Source of the DNA: an uncultured Clostridia bacterium | Lineage (GTDB): Bacteria; Bacillota; Clostridia; Oscillospirales; JAAYOS01 | Direction of reading: 5' to 3' | NCBI GenBank assembly: GCA_946566645.1 | Contig: CAMNWZ010000005.1 | Span: 1 to 32,000, forward strand | DNA length: 32,000 bases | Shown here: positions 8,698 to 15,164 of the stretch, one piece after another | Numbering within the stretch: the first letter of the stretch is position 1 | How the letters are laid out: the number at the start of each line of letters is the position of its first letter | Program-made: the position numbers and the translations under genes | Notes under the pieces: generated by a model | The model's database searches: none | Seen by the model: the letters and a program-made list of their open reading frames with translations, nothing else | Told to the model about the DNA's origin: nothing

Positions 8698-9627
8698 CCC
8701 CGCGTCGCCTATGAATTCGCGCAGCATCGAGTTTTCGGGCAGCAGTCCCGCGTCGAGCGTCGGGAACAGCTCGAGCGCGTCGCGGAGCTGCATTATCTCC
8801 TTATAGCGGTCGAAGTCGGGCTTGACGCCCTCGAAGATGTGCCCCGCGAAGGGCTTGAGCAGCGACACCTCGCAGGCAAACGAGCTGTCGAATATCACGT
8901 CCGCCGTGTTCTTGAAGGGGGATATCCACCGTTTCTCGCCGCGCCGAAGGTTCTCCCACATCGAGAAGGTGAGCGCCGCGTTCGCGCCTCGGAACAGCTC
9001 GTCGCGCACCGCACGCCGAAGTATACGCATCCATGTGCCCTTGAATACGACCGCGCCGCTCGAGTCGACGATGTTCGACCGCGCGGAGATGTACACCTTC
9101 TCGGTCGGAACGTCGGGCGCGGCGTCGCTGAGCGTGCCGTTCAGCGCGTGGATGCCCTCGAATATCACCATCTCGTTGGCGCTCAAGCGAAGCGGAGTGC
9201 CCGCGTTTCGGTCGCGCGCCTGCGCGTGGAAGTCGAACCGAGGCACGACTATCTCCCTGCCCGCGTTGAGGTCGGTGAAGTGGCGCGCGAGCAGCTCGAG
9301 ATCGAGGCACTCGGGACTCTCGAAGTCCAGCTCGCCGCGCTCGTTTCGCGGACTGTTTTCGCCAACGTCGCGGTAGTAGTCGTCCATCGACACGGTGTGG
9401 GTGACGATGCCCATCTGCTCGAGCCGCGCCTCTATCTTGTGCGCGGTGGTCGTCTTGCCCGAGCCGCTCGGACCGCTTAAAAGCACGATGCGGCTGCCGC
9501 TTGTATTGCCCGCGATCCGGTTGGCGGCGCGGCGGATGTTCAGCTCGTACCGCTCATTGCATTCGGCGACAAAACCCTGCGGGTCGGTCGATACCTGTCG
9601 TATTATGTCACTTAAATTATACGCCAT
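8692..9627 (-). CDS. Uridine/nucleoside kinase-like P-loop protein (PRK/Udk family)
   Basis: Walker A LLSGPSGSGKTTTAHK, followed by SMDDYY and a VIFEGIHALN-type motif, as in Udk-family kinases. A GGAGA SD lies immediately after the hemZ stop. Confidence 0.6.
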   Translation of the reverse strand: MAYNLSDIIRQVSTDPQGFVAECNERYELNIRRAANRIAGNTSGSRIVLLSGPSGSGKTTTAHKIEARLEQMGIVTHTVSMDDYYRDVGENSPRNERGELDFESPECLDLELLARHFTDLNAGREIVVPRFDFHAQARDRNAGTPLRLSANEMVIFEGIHALNGTLSDAAPDVPTEKVYISARSNIVDSSGAVVFKGTWMRILRRAVRDELFRGANAALTFSMWENLRRGEKRWISPFKNTADVIFDSSFACEVSLLKPFAGHIFEGVKPDFDRYKEIMQLRDALELFPTLDAGLLPENSMLREFIGDAGL

Positions 9628-9637
9628 GTTATTCTCC

Positions 9638-11170
9638 TTAGTAGTTACGCGAAAGCCAGTTTGAAAGCGCCTTGCCCGACTTTATGAAGTCGCAGGCGAT
9701 GTACTCGGCGGCGAATTTCGGGTTGGACACCCGCTCGACCAACTCGCCGCTTACGAGTTTGCTCATCCCGCCCGCGCCGAGCGCCAGGCAGAAGCCGACC
9801 TCGTCCATGATGAGCGAGTTATAGACGCAGTCGTGACCGGGAAGCGACCATCCGGTGTTCTCCAGCGGTGCGACCATGTACTTCTGCCGGTAGAGGTAGT
9901 AGGGCGAGTAGCCGCCGCTCATAAGCCGCGGATACGCCGCGTCCACCATCTCGGCCGCCGCGGGATTTGTCACCGTCTCGGCGCTTTCGGTCGCAACGCG
10001 GTTGAGCGTCGAGCCGCGCTTGCGCGCAAGGGTGTGTATCGTCAGGTTTTCCGGTTTCAACTCGAGTATGCGCTTTAGCGTGTCGGCGAAGGTGTCCGGC
10101 GTGTCGCCGTCCAGTCCGGCGATGAGGTCGGTGTTTATAGTGCCGAAGCCGACCTCCCGCGCGAGAGCGAACGCGTCGAAGAACTGCTCGGGCGAGTGCG
10201 GCCGTCCCGCGAGCCGAAGCGCCGTCGCGTTCAGTGACTGCGGATTTATGCTTATGCGGGTCACCGCCGAATCTTTCAGGGCGAGCAGCTTTTCGCGGTC
10301 GATGGTGTCCGGACGACCCGCCTCGACGGTGAATTCGACACCCTCCGGCGGTCGAAACGCGTCGAACAGCGCGGCACATACGCGGCGGAGCTGCTCGGGG
10401 CTGAGCGTGGTCGGCGTGCCTCCGCCGATGTATATAGCGCGGGGGACAAGCCCGCTCGAGCGCATTATCCTGCCGCGAAGGCGTATCTCCTCCAGAAGTT
10501 TTTCGACGTACGGCTCTATCAGCGAGCCGCTCGCGCCGACCGATTCGCTGACGAACGAGCAGTATTTGCAGCGCGACGGGCAGAAGGGCACGCCGAGGTA
10601 GAGCAGGTAGCCGTCGACGCCGAGCGCCTCCTCCGCCGCAAGCCCCGCCGAAGCGGCGCGCACGGTCATCGACGCGCGGTCGGGGGACAGCAGATAGCGG
10701 TCGGTAAGCTCGGTCATCGCCGCGAAGCCGCTCGACTGCCTTATCAGCCGCCGCGCGAGCTTGGTCGGCCTCATTCCGGTGAGTGCGCCCCACGCTCCGA
10801 GCGGCTTGTATGCGCTTATCGCGTGTGCGATGGCGAGCTTCAGCGCGTGCTGACGGCGGCGCACCAGCTCGCGCACAGCCGTCGGCGCGGTGGAGCCTTG
10901 CGCGCGGTCGGCGGGAAGCTCGAAGTTTTCGGGCAGGTCAAGCCCGTCCGAGTCAAAGTCGACGGTGGCGGCATAGCCCTTTCCGCCGACCGACAGCGTC
11001 GCGTATGCGCGCCCCTCGGATATGCCCTCGATGCGGGTGACGAGCGCGTCGTCGACATTTTCGGGGTAGTCGTCACACTCGACAGTCTCGGTCGGAGCTT
11101 CGCCGAGCAGGCTTATCATAGCCTCCTCCGCCGCGAATCTGTATGTGTGGTTTATGATAAAAAGTTTCAT
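9638..11170 (-). CDS. hemZ: HemN-like radical SAM protein, HemZ-type ('coproporphyrinogen dehydrogenase HemZ')
   Basis: 510 aa. Radical SAM motif GVPFCPSRCKYCSF (CxxxCxxC), with HemN-like downstream motifs (YIGGGTPT, RISINPQS). Its ATG overlaps the upstream stop (ATGA). Confidence 0.75.
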   Translation of the reverse strand: MKLFIINHTYRFAAEEAMISLLGEAPTETVECDDYPENVDDALVTRIEGISEGRAYATLSVGGKGYAATVDFDSDGLDLPENFELPADRAQGSTAPTAVRELVRRRQHALKLAIAHAISAYKPLGAWGALTGMRPTKLARRLIRQSSGFAAMTELTDRYLLSPDRASMTVRAASAGLAAEEALGVDGYLLYLGVPFCPSRCKYCSFVSESVGASGSLIEPYVEKLLEEIRLRGRIMRSSGLVPRAIYIGGGTPTTLSPEQLRRVCAALFDAFRPPEGVEFTVEAGRPDTIDREKLLALKDSAVTRISINPQSLNATALRLAGRPHSPEQFFDAFALAREVGFGTINTDLIAGLDGDTPDTFADTLKRILELKPENLTIHTLARKRGSTLNRVATESAETVTNPAAAEMVDAAYPRLMSGGYSPYYLYRQKYMVAPLENTGWSLPGHDCVYNSLIMDEVGFCLALGAGGMSKLVSGELVERVSNPKFAAEYIACDFIKSGKALSNWLSRNY

Positions 11171-11901
11171 GGTATGAAATCCTCGGTCGGGTCGATGAGC
11201 GGATAGCCCTCGTCGTCCAGCTCGTCGTCCCAGTCGTCCTCCGGCTCGTCGAACTCCGGCTCACGACCGCCGTCCACGCCGAACACCGCCTCCTGCATGT
11301 GCAGATTGAACTCGCGCTCGCGCGACAGCGTCGTCGCCTGGTCGTGACCGGGGTAGACCTTGTAGTCGCCGCCAAGCTCGTACAGCCGCTTCAGGCTCTC
11401 CATAATCGTGTGGAAGCTGCCGCCGGGCAGGTCGGTGCGCCCGCAGCTGTCCCGAAAGAGCGTGTCCCCCGAGAACATCGCGTCGCCGCAGAGTATCACC
11501 GCCGAACCGGGCGTGTGTCCCGGCGTCAGCAGATAGCGAAACTCCATCTCTCCCGCGACAAACGAGCTGCCCTCCTCGGCGAGAAAGTCGGCTTCGAGCG
11601 GCGTCTGCTCGAGGTGCACCTTGGTGGACAGACTGCGCAGCGGGGAGATGAGGCAGTCGGCGTCCGGCTTGGCGATTACCACCTTCGCGCCGGTAAGCGC
11701 CTTCAGCCCCGGCACGTCGATGATGTGGTCGAAGTGTCCGTGCGTGAGCAGGATGTAGTGACAATTCAGCTTCTTCTGTTTCAGAAACGCGTCGACGCGT
11801 TCCGCCTCGAACCCCGGGTCGATCACGACCGCGTCATTTCGGTCGTAGACAACATAGCAGTTTGTGGCGGCGGGACCGACGGTGAAAGTTTTTATCTTCA
11901 T
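11167..11901 (-). CDS. MBL-fold metallo-hydrolase (glyoxalase II-like) with an acidic C-terminal tail
   Basis: MKIKTFTVGPAATNCYVVYD..., then the HxHxDH motif LLTHGHFDHI, then TPGHTPGS and ...YPGHD. I chose the ATG at 11901, which has a GAGGTGA SD; the ORF-track extension to 12090 has no SD and overlaps the promoters. Confidence 0.8.
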   Translation of the reverse strand: MKIKTFTVGPAATNCYVVYDRNDAVVIDPGFEAERVDAFLKQKKLNCHYILLTHGHFDHIIDVPGLKALTGAKVVIAKPDADCLISPLRSLSTKVHLEQTPLEADFLAEEGSSFVAGEMEFRYLLTPGHTPGSAVILCGDAMFSGDTLFRDSCGRTDLPGGSFHTIMESLKRLYELGGDYKVYPGHDQATTLSREREFNLHMQEAVFGVDGGREPEFDEPEDDWDDELDDEGYPLIDPTEDFIP

Positions 11902-11919
11902 GGGTCTCACCTCGTAGAT

Positions 11920-11948
11920 ATTATATAGGAATTTTCGGGAAAATTCAA
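11920..11948 (-). promoter_or_regulatory. Candidate sigma-A promoter for the MBL-hemZ-kinase operon
   Basis: The minus strand reads TTGAAT-17 nt-TATAAT. The leader is very short, about 13 nt to the ATG, which reduces confidence. Confidence 0.5.
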
Positions 11949-11976
11949 GATACCGCCGCCGCGTGCGCATATGGGC

Positions 11977-12005
11977 TTGACAAGCGGGGAAATCCATGTT
12001 AAAAT
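11977..12005 (+). promoter_or_regulatory. Candidate sigma-A promoter for the MATE gene
   Basis: TTGACA-17 nt-TAAAAT on the plus strand, divergent from the promoter above. Confidence 0.55.
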
Positions 12006-12091
12006 AGTTGTGTTTTGAAACTAATATGACTGTGAGGCGGTCTAATTTGGCAGGACAGAACGGAGGCGCGCAGGCTGCGCCCAAGGTCAAG

Positions 12092-13675
12092 ATGGTAAAG
12101 ACCTACATCGATGAGATCGAGGTAGGCACTCCCGAATTCGTCGAGGAGGAGACGAGGAAGTCGAAAGCGGAGCGCAGAAAGCTGCCGCCCGGCGCGGAGT
12201 CGAAGACGCTGTATAAGGACATCGTGCGCATCGCGTGGCCGTCGCTCATCGAGATGACGCTCGCGAGCCTCGTCTCGATGGTGGACATGATGATGGTCGG
12301 CAAGATCCCGGGCATGGGCTCGTCGGCAATCACCGCGGTCAGCCTCGCGACCCAGCCGCGATTCCTGTTTATGATGCTGTTCATGGCGCTGAACACCGGC
12401 GCGACGGCGGTCATAGCGCGCGCACGCGGAGCGGGAGACCGCAACGAGGCGAACAACATCCTTCGCCACGCGTTCCTGCTCAACTGCCTGATGGCGATAC
12501 CGATGACGATAATCGGCCTTATCACCGCCGAGCCGCTTATCAAGTTTATGGGCGGCGACGGCGTGAAGAACGGCACGATAACGGCGGCTACCGTCGCGGC
12601 GAGCAAGACGTACTTACAGATTCAGATGGCGGGCTTCCTGCCTACGATAATCCCGATAACCATCACGGCGGTGCTCCGCGGAACGGGCAACAGCCGCGTG
12701 CCGATGGTGTACAACATCGTGGCAAACGTCGTCAATGTGTTCCTCAACTGGGTGCTCATCTACGGCAACCTCGGCGCTCCGGCGATGGGCGTTGCGGGCG
12801 CGAGCCTCGCGACCATCATCGGACTGTGCGTCGCGACGGTGATGGCGCTCTTCTCGGTGCTGTCCGGCAAGAACTACCTGCACCTGAGCTTTGCCAAGTT
12901 CAAACTCAATATGCGGATAATCGGGCAGATAATCAAGGTCGGCGTGCCCGCGCTGATAGAGCAGGGCATAATGCGCGTCGGCATAATCATCTTCACCCGC
13001 ACCATCGGCTCGCTCGGCGAGGTGAACATGGCGACCCATCAGGTGTGCATGAACATCCAGTCGCTCACCTTCATGACCGGTCAGGCGTTCGCGGTCAGCT
13101 CGACAACGCTTGTCGGTCAGTGCCTCGGCAAGACCCGTCCGGACATGGCGGAGCACTACTCCCGCCGCTGCCGCAGGCTTGGACTATATGTCGCGCTCTT
13201 CCTGGCGCTCACCTTCTCGATAGGCGGCGGCCAGGTGGTCAAGCTGTACACCGACGCGTCCGACCCGACCTACCTGCAGGTGGTCATGCTCGGCGCGCTG
13301 CTGATGCTGTTCGTCGCGTTCCTACAGCCGATACAGTCGTCGCAGTTCATCCTCGCGGGCGCTCTGCGCGGCGCGGGCGACACCCGCTCGACGGCGGTGA
13401 TAACGCTGATAACCGTGCTGGTCGTGCGACCGGTGTTCGCGTGGTTCTTCGTCTCGCTGCTCGGATGGGGCGACATAAACTTTGTGCTCAATCCCACGCT
13501 TGAAAACATCGTGATGACTCTTGCGGGACTACACGGCAAGGCGGAACCGGGCACGATACTCGTCAACCTCGGACTTATCGGCGCGTGGATCTCGATAGCG
13601 CTCGACCAGATACTGCGCTCGACGCTGGTGATGGCGCGCTACAACAGCGGCAAGTGGAAGAAGATAAAGCTGTAA
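12092..13675 (+). CDS. MATE-family efflux transporter
   Basis: 12-TM protein with the typical MATE N-terminus LYKDIVRIAWPSLIEMTLASLVSMVDMMMVGK and internal duplication. The start is uncertain: ATG 12092 has a weak AAGG SD, and ATG 12026 and TTG 12008 are alternatives. Confidence 0.8.
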   Translation: MVKTYIDEIEVGTPEFVEEETRKSKAERRKLPPGAESKTLYKDIVRIAWPSLIEMTLASLVSMVDMMMVGKIPGMGSSAITAVSLATQPRFLFMMLFMALNTGATAVIARARGAGDRNEANNILRHAFLLNCLMAIPMTIIGLITAEPLIKFMGGDGVKNGTITAATVAASKTYLQIQMAGFLPTIIPITITAVLRGTGNSRVPMVYNIVANVVNVFLNWVLIYGNLGAPAMGVAGASLATIIGLCVATVMALFSVLSGKNYLHLSFAKFKLNMRIIGQIIKVGVPALIEQGIMRVGIIIFTRTIGSLGEVNMATHQVCMNIQSLTFMTGQAFAVSSTTLVGQCLGKTRPDMAEHYSRRCRRLGLYVALFLALTFSIGGGQVVKLYTDASDPTYLQVVMLGALLMLFVAFLQPIQSSQFILAGALRGAGDTRSTAVITLITVLVVRPVFAWFFVSLLGWGDINFVLNPTLENIVMTLAGLHGKAEPGTILVNLGLIGAWISIALDQILRSTLVMARYNSGKWKKIKL

Positions 13676-13679
13676 AGGT

Positions 13680-13700
13680 CGCGAGACTACGCGTCTCGCG
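13680..13700. repeat. Hairpin unit, copy 1 (CGCGAGAC-tacgc-GTCTCGCG)
   Basis: Perfect 8-bp stem with a 5-nt loop, starting 5 nt after the MATE stop codon. It shares flanks (AAGGTC...CT) with the inverted copy at 14198-14218. Confidence 0.7.
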
Positions 13701-13706
13701 CTCTCG

Positions 13707-13743
13707 GCAGCATTTTTTCTCTGCCGCAGAGAAAAAAGGCTGC
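13707..13743. repeat. 37-bp near-perfect palindrome (GCAGCATTTTTTCTCTGC c GCAGAGAAAAAAGGCTGC)
   Basis: Two 18-nt arms with one mismatch and a single central nucleotide. The T6/A6 tracts lie inside the arms. Confidence 0.7.
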
Positions 13744-13787
13744 GCAAAAAAGAGACGCCAAAGGCGTTCCCCCTTTGAAATCCCCCT

Positions 13788-13960
13788 AAAGGTCTCTACG
13801 CCATAGGTCGCTCAGCCGCTTAACTATGAGCAGGGCTCAAAACAGCGGCTTACCCCATACGCTTTAGGGTGCGATACCCCTCCCCCCCACGCTCAATAGA
13901 CGCAGAAACTCACACCCACATCGGAGTAAGCGGCTGAGCGTGTTGGAGGCAGAGACCTTT
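13788..13960. repeat. 173-bp element closed by a long imperfect inverted repeat (structured RNA or MITE-like)
   Basis: AAAGGTCTCT (13788-13797) pairs with AGAGACCTTT (13951-13960). CGCTCAGCCGCTTA (13809-13822) pairs with TAAGCGGCTGAGCG (13927-13940). These enclose about 104 nt that contain smaller stems. Confidence 0.6.
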
Positions 13961-14091
13961 TGACTCCGCTCCACGACGCGGAATCGCTTGGACGCGGTAC
14001 GTACGACGTACGACCCCGCGAGGTGCTGAATCTGTTGCGCGACGCAGAACACAAATCATGCCTTTGGGGGTTCTTAGGGGACGGCGAATTC

Positions 14092-14128
14092 AAAAAACGT
14101 CGATGGATAAAATCCATCGACGTTTTTT
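14092..14128. terminator. Bidirectional intrinsic terminator
   Basis: AAAAAACGTCGATGGA-taaaa-TCCATCGACGTTTTTT. The 11-bp GC-containing stem is flanked by A6 and T6, so it can terminate transcripts from either strand. Confidence 0.85.
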
Positions 14129-14163
14129 GTAGCTGTCCCCTGAGCGCATTTTTGGTTACTTTT

Positions 14164-14193
14164 TGTGCGCACAAAAAGTAACCGCAGCGCGAG
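14164..14193. repeat. 30-bp perfect palindrome without spacer (GGTTACTTTTTGTGC|GCACAAAAAGTAACC)
   Basis: Read directly from the sequence; both 15-nt arms match exactly. Confidence 0.8.
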
Positions 14194-14197
14194 GTGC

Positions 14198-14218
14198 GTA
14201 ACCTCGCGACCTTAGGGG
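14198..14218. repeat. Hairpin unit, copy 2, inverted (CGCGAGGT-gcgta-ACCTCGCG)
   Basis: Its reverse complement, AAGGTCGCGAGgtTACGCacCTCGCGCT, matches copy 1, AAGGTCGCGAGacTACGCgtCTCGCGCT. The only differences are two compensatory base-pair swaps in the stem. Confidence 0.7.
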
Positions 14219-14297
14219 GTTTGGGGGACGCGGAGTCCCCCAAGGTCGAAAAGCAGGATGAAATCGAAGTGGGGTTTGGGCGCGCAGCCCCAAGGTC

Positions 14298-15101
14298 TTA
14301 CGGCAGCAGCGTCAGCGGGTCTATCTGCGCGCCCGCCTGTATAACCTCAAGGTGAAGGTGCGGCGTGTCCGCGCTCTCCGCCTCGGCGGACGCTCCGATG
14401 GCGCCGATCGTCTGACCCGCCTCGACGGTGTCTCCCGCCTCGACCTTCACCGTCTCCGCGAGGTTCTTGTACACCGAGTAGGTCGAGCCGCCGTGATCGA
14501 TGACCACCGTCTTGCCCATCATCTCGTCGTCGTACACGTCCTCGACCACGCCGTCGCCGATTGCGGACACCAGCGCGCCGAGGCTTCCCGCGATGTCCGC
14601 TCCGGTGTGGACGCGCCAGTCCTCCATTGTGTTAGAGAAGACCAGCTCATCCACGCTGAACGGAACCATCACCTCGCCGCCGAGCGGCCAGACGTAGAAT
14701 CCCGCGGTCGGACGCTTGGGCGGGTCAAGCTCGGCACCGCCGGCGACCGCGGTCGCGTTATCCGGCGGGGTCGTCTCCTTCGACGCGGGCAGCGGCTCGT
14801 CGGACGGCTTGCTCATAACCACCTCGCCCGAATTCAGCGCGCCGGAGGGAACCGCGGTGACGAGCGGCTCGGAGCTGGGACGCGGTGAGGCGGGCACCGG
14901 AGTGACCGACGGCGGCGCGACTATCGGGCTGACGGTCGGCACCGACATGAGGTCGTCCGCGTCGTCGCTTCCGCCGGAGAAAAAGAGCGCGTAGCCCGCT
15001 ATCCCCACCGCCGCGACGCAGATGATGAGGATGATGTAGAACCCTTTGCCGTTCAGGAACTCGACAAATTTGTTCGGTTTCGCACGATTGTTATTGTTCA
15101 T
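14298..15101 (-). CDS. Membrane-anchored M23 (LytM-domain) metallopeptidase; possible SpoIIQ-like protein
   Basis: N-terminal TM segment FYIILIICVAAVGIAGYALFF, a Pro-rich linker, and an M23 domain with intact HxxxD (HTGAD) and HxH (HLHLE) motifs. I chose the ATG at 15101, with a GGAGG SD 7 nt upstream, rather than the ORF-track start at 15143. Confidence 0.8.
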   Translation of the reverse strand: MNNNNRAKPNKFVEFLNGKGFYIILIICVAAVGIAGYALFFSGGSDDADDLMSVPTVSPIVAPPSVTPVPASPRPSSEPLVTAVPSGALNSGEVVMSKPSDEPLPASKETTPPDNATAVAGGAELDPPKRPTAGFYVWPLGGEVMVPFSVDELVFSNTMEDWRVHTGADIAGSLGALVSAIGDGVVEDVYDDEMMGKTVVIDHGGSTYSVYKNLAETVKVEAGDTVEAGQTIGAIGASAEAESADTPHLHLEVIQAGAQIDPLTLLP

Positions 15102-15104
15102 AGA

Positions 15105-15135
15105 AATACCTCCGAAAACTCGTTTCGGAGGTATT
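15105..15135 (-). promoter_or_regulatory. Perfect 13-bp hairpin sequestering the SD of the M23 peptidase gene
   Basis: The minus-strand RNA reads AAUACCUCCGAAA-cgagu-UUUCGGAGGUAUU-ucu-AUG. The GGAGG SD lies in the 3' arm and pairs with CCUCC. No U-run follows. Confidence 0.55.
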
Positions 15136-15164
15136 GTTGCCATAATTTTGCGCGCATATTCGCG

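Larger units (their letters stand above)
13675..14297. repeat. Non-coding island of nested hairpins/palindromes (REP/BIME-like or MITE-like) between convergent genes
   Basis: At least 8 stem-loops or palindromes lie within 620 bp. AAGGTC/GACCTT occurs six times. No ORF here has an SD. See the sub-features and findings. Confidence 0.65.

Noticed and set aside
11902-12090. N-terminal extensions offered by the ORF track for several genes: the MBL hydrolase to 12090, M23 to 15143, glpQ to 16941, glyQS to 22321, the S-layer gene from 22519, mrp from 25545 and hup to 3982.
   Set aside because: In each case an internal ATG or GTG is preceded by a strong SD at correct spacing. The extension overlaps promoter or hairpin sequence or encodes atypical residues.
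13893-14243. ORFs lie inside the hairpin island: 13893-14243 on the minus strand (116 aa), 13960-14181 on the plus strand (73 aa) and 13864-14052 on the minus strand.
   Set aside because: They run straight through the bidirectional terminator and the perfect palindromes. They lack SD sequences, use TTG or poorly placed starts, and have atypical composition. They are better explained as non-coding repeat DNA.
13675-14297. Whether the island is a CRISPR array or contains a tRNA, tmRNA or SRP RNA.
   Set aside because: There are no regularly spaced identical direct repeats with unique spacers; the repeats are inverted and heterogeneous. I found no cloverleaf with a GTTCGAATC-type T-loop or CCA end, and no SRP or tmRNA signature sequences.
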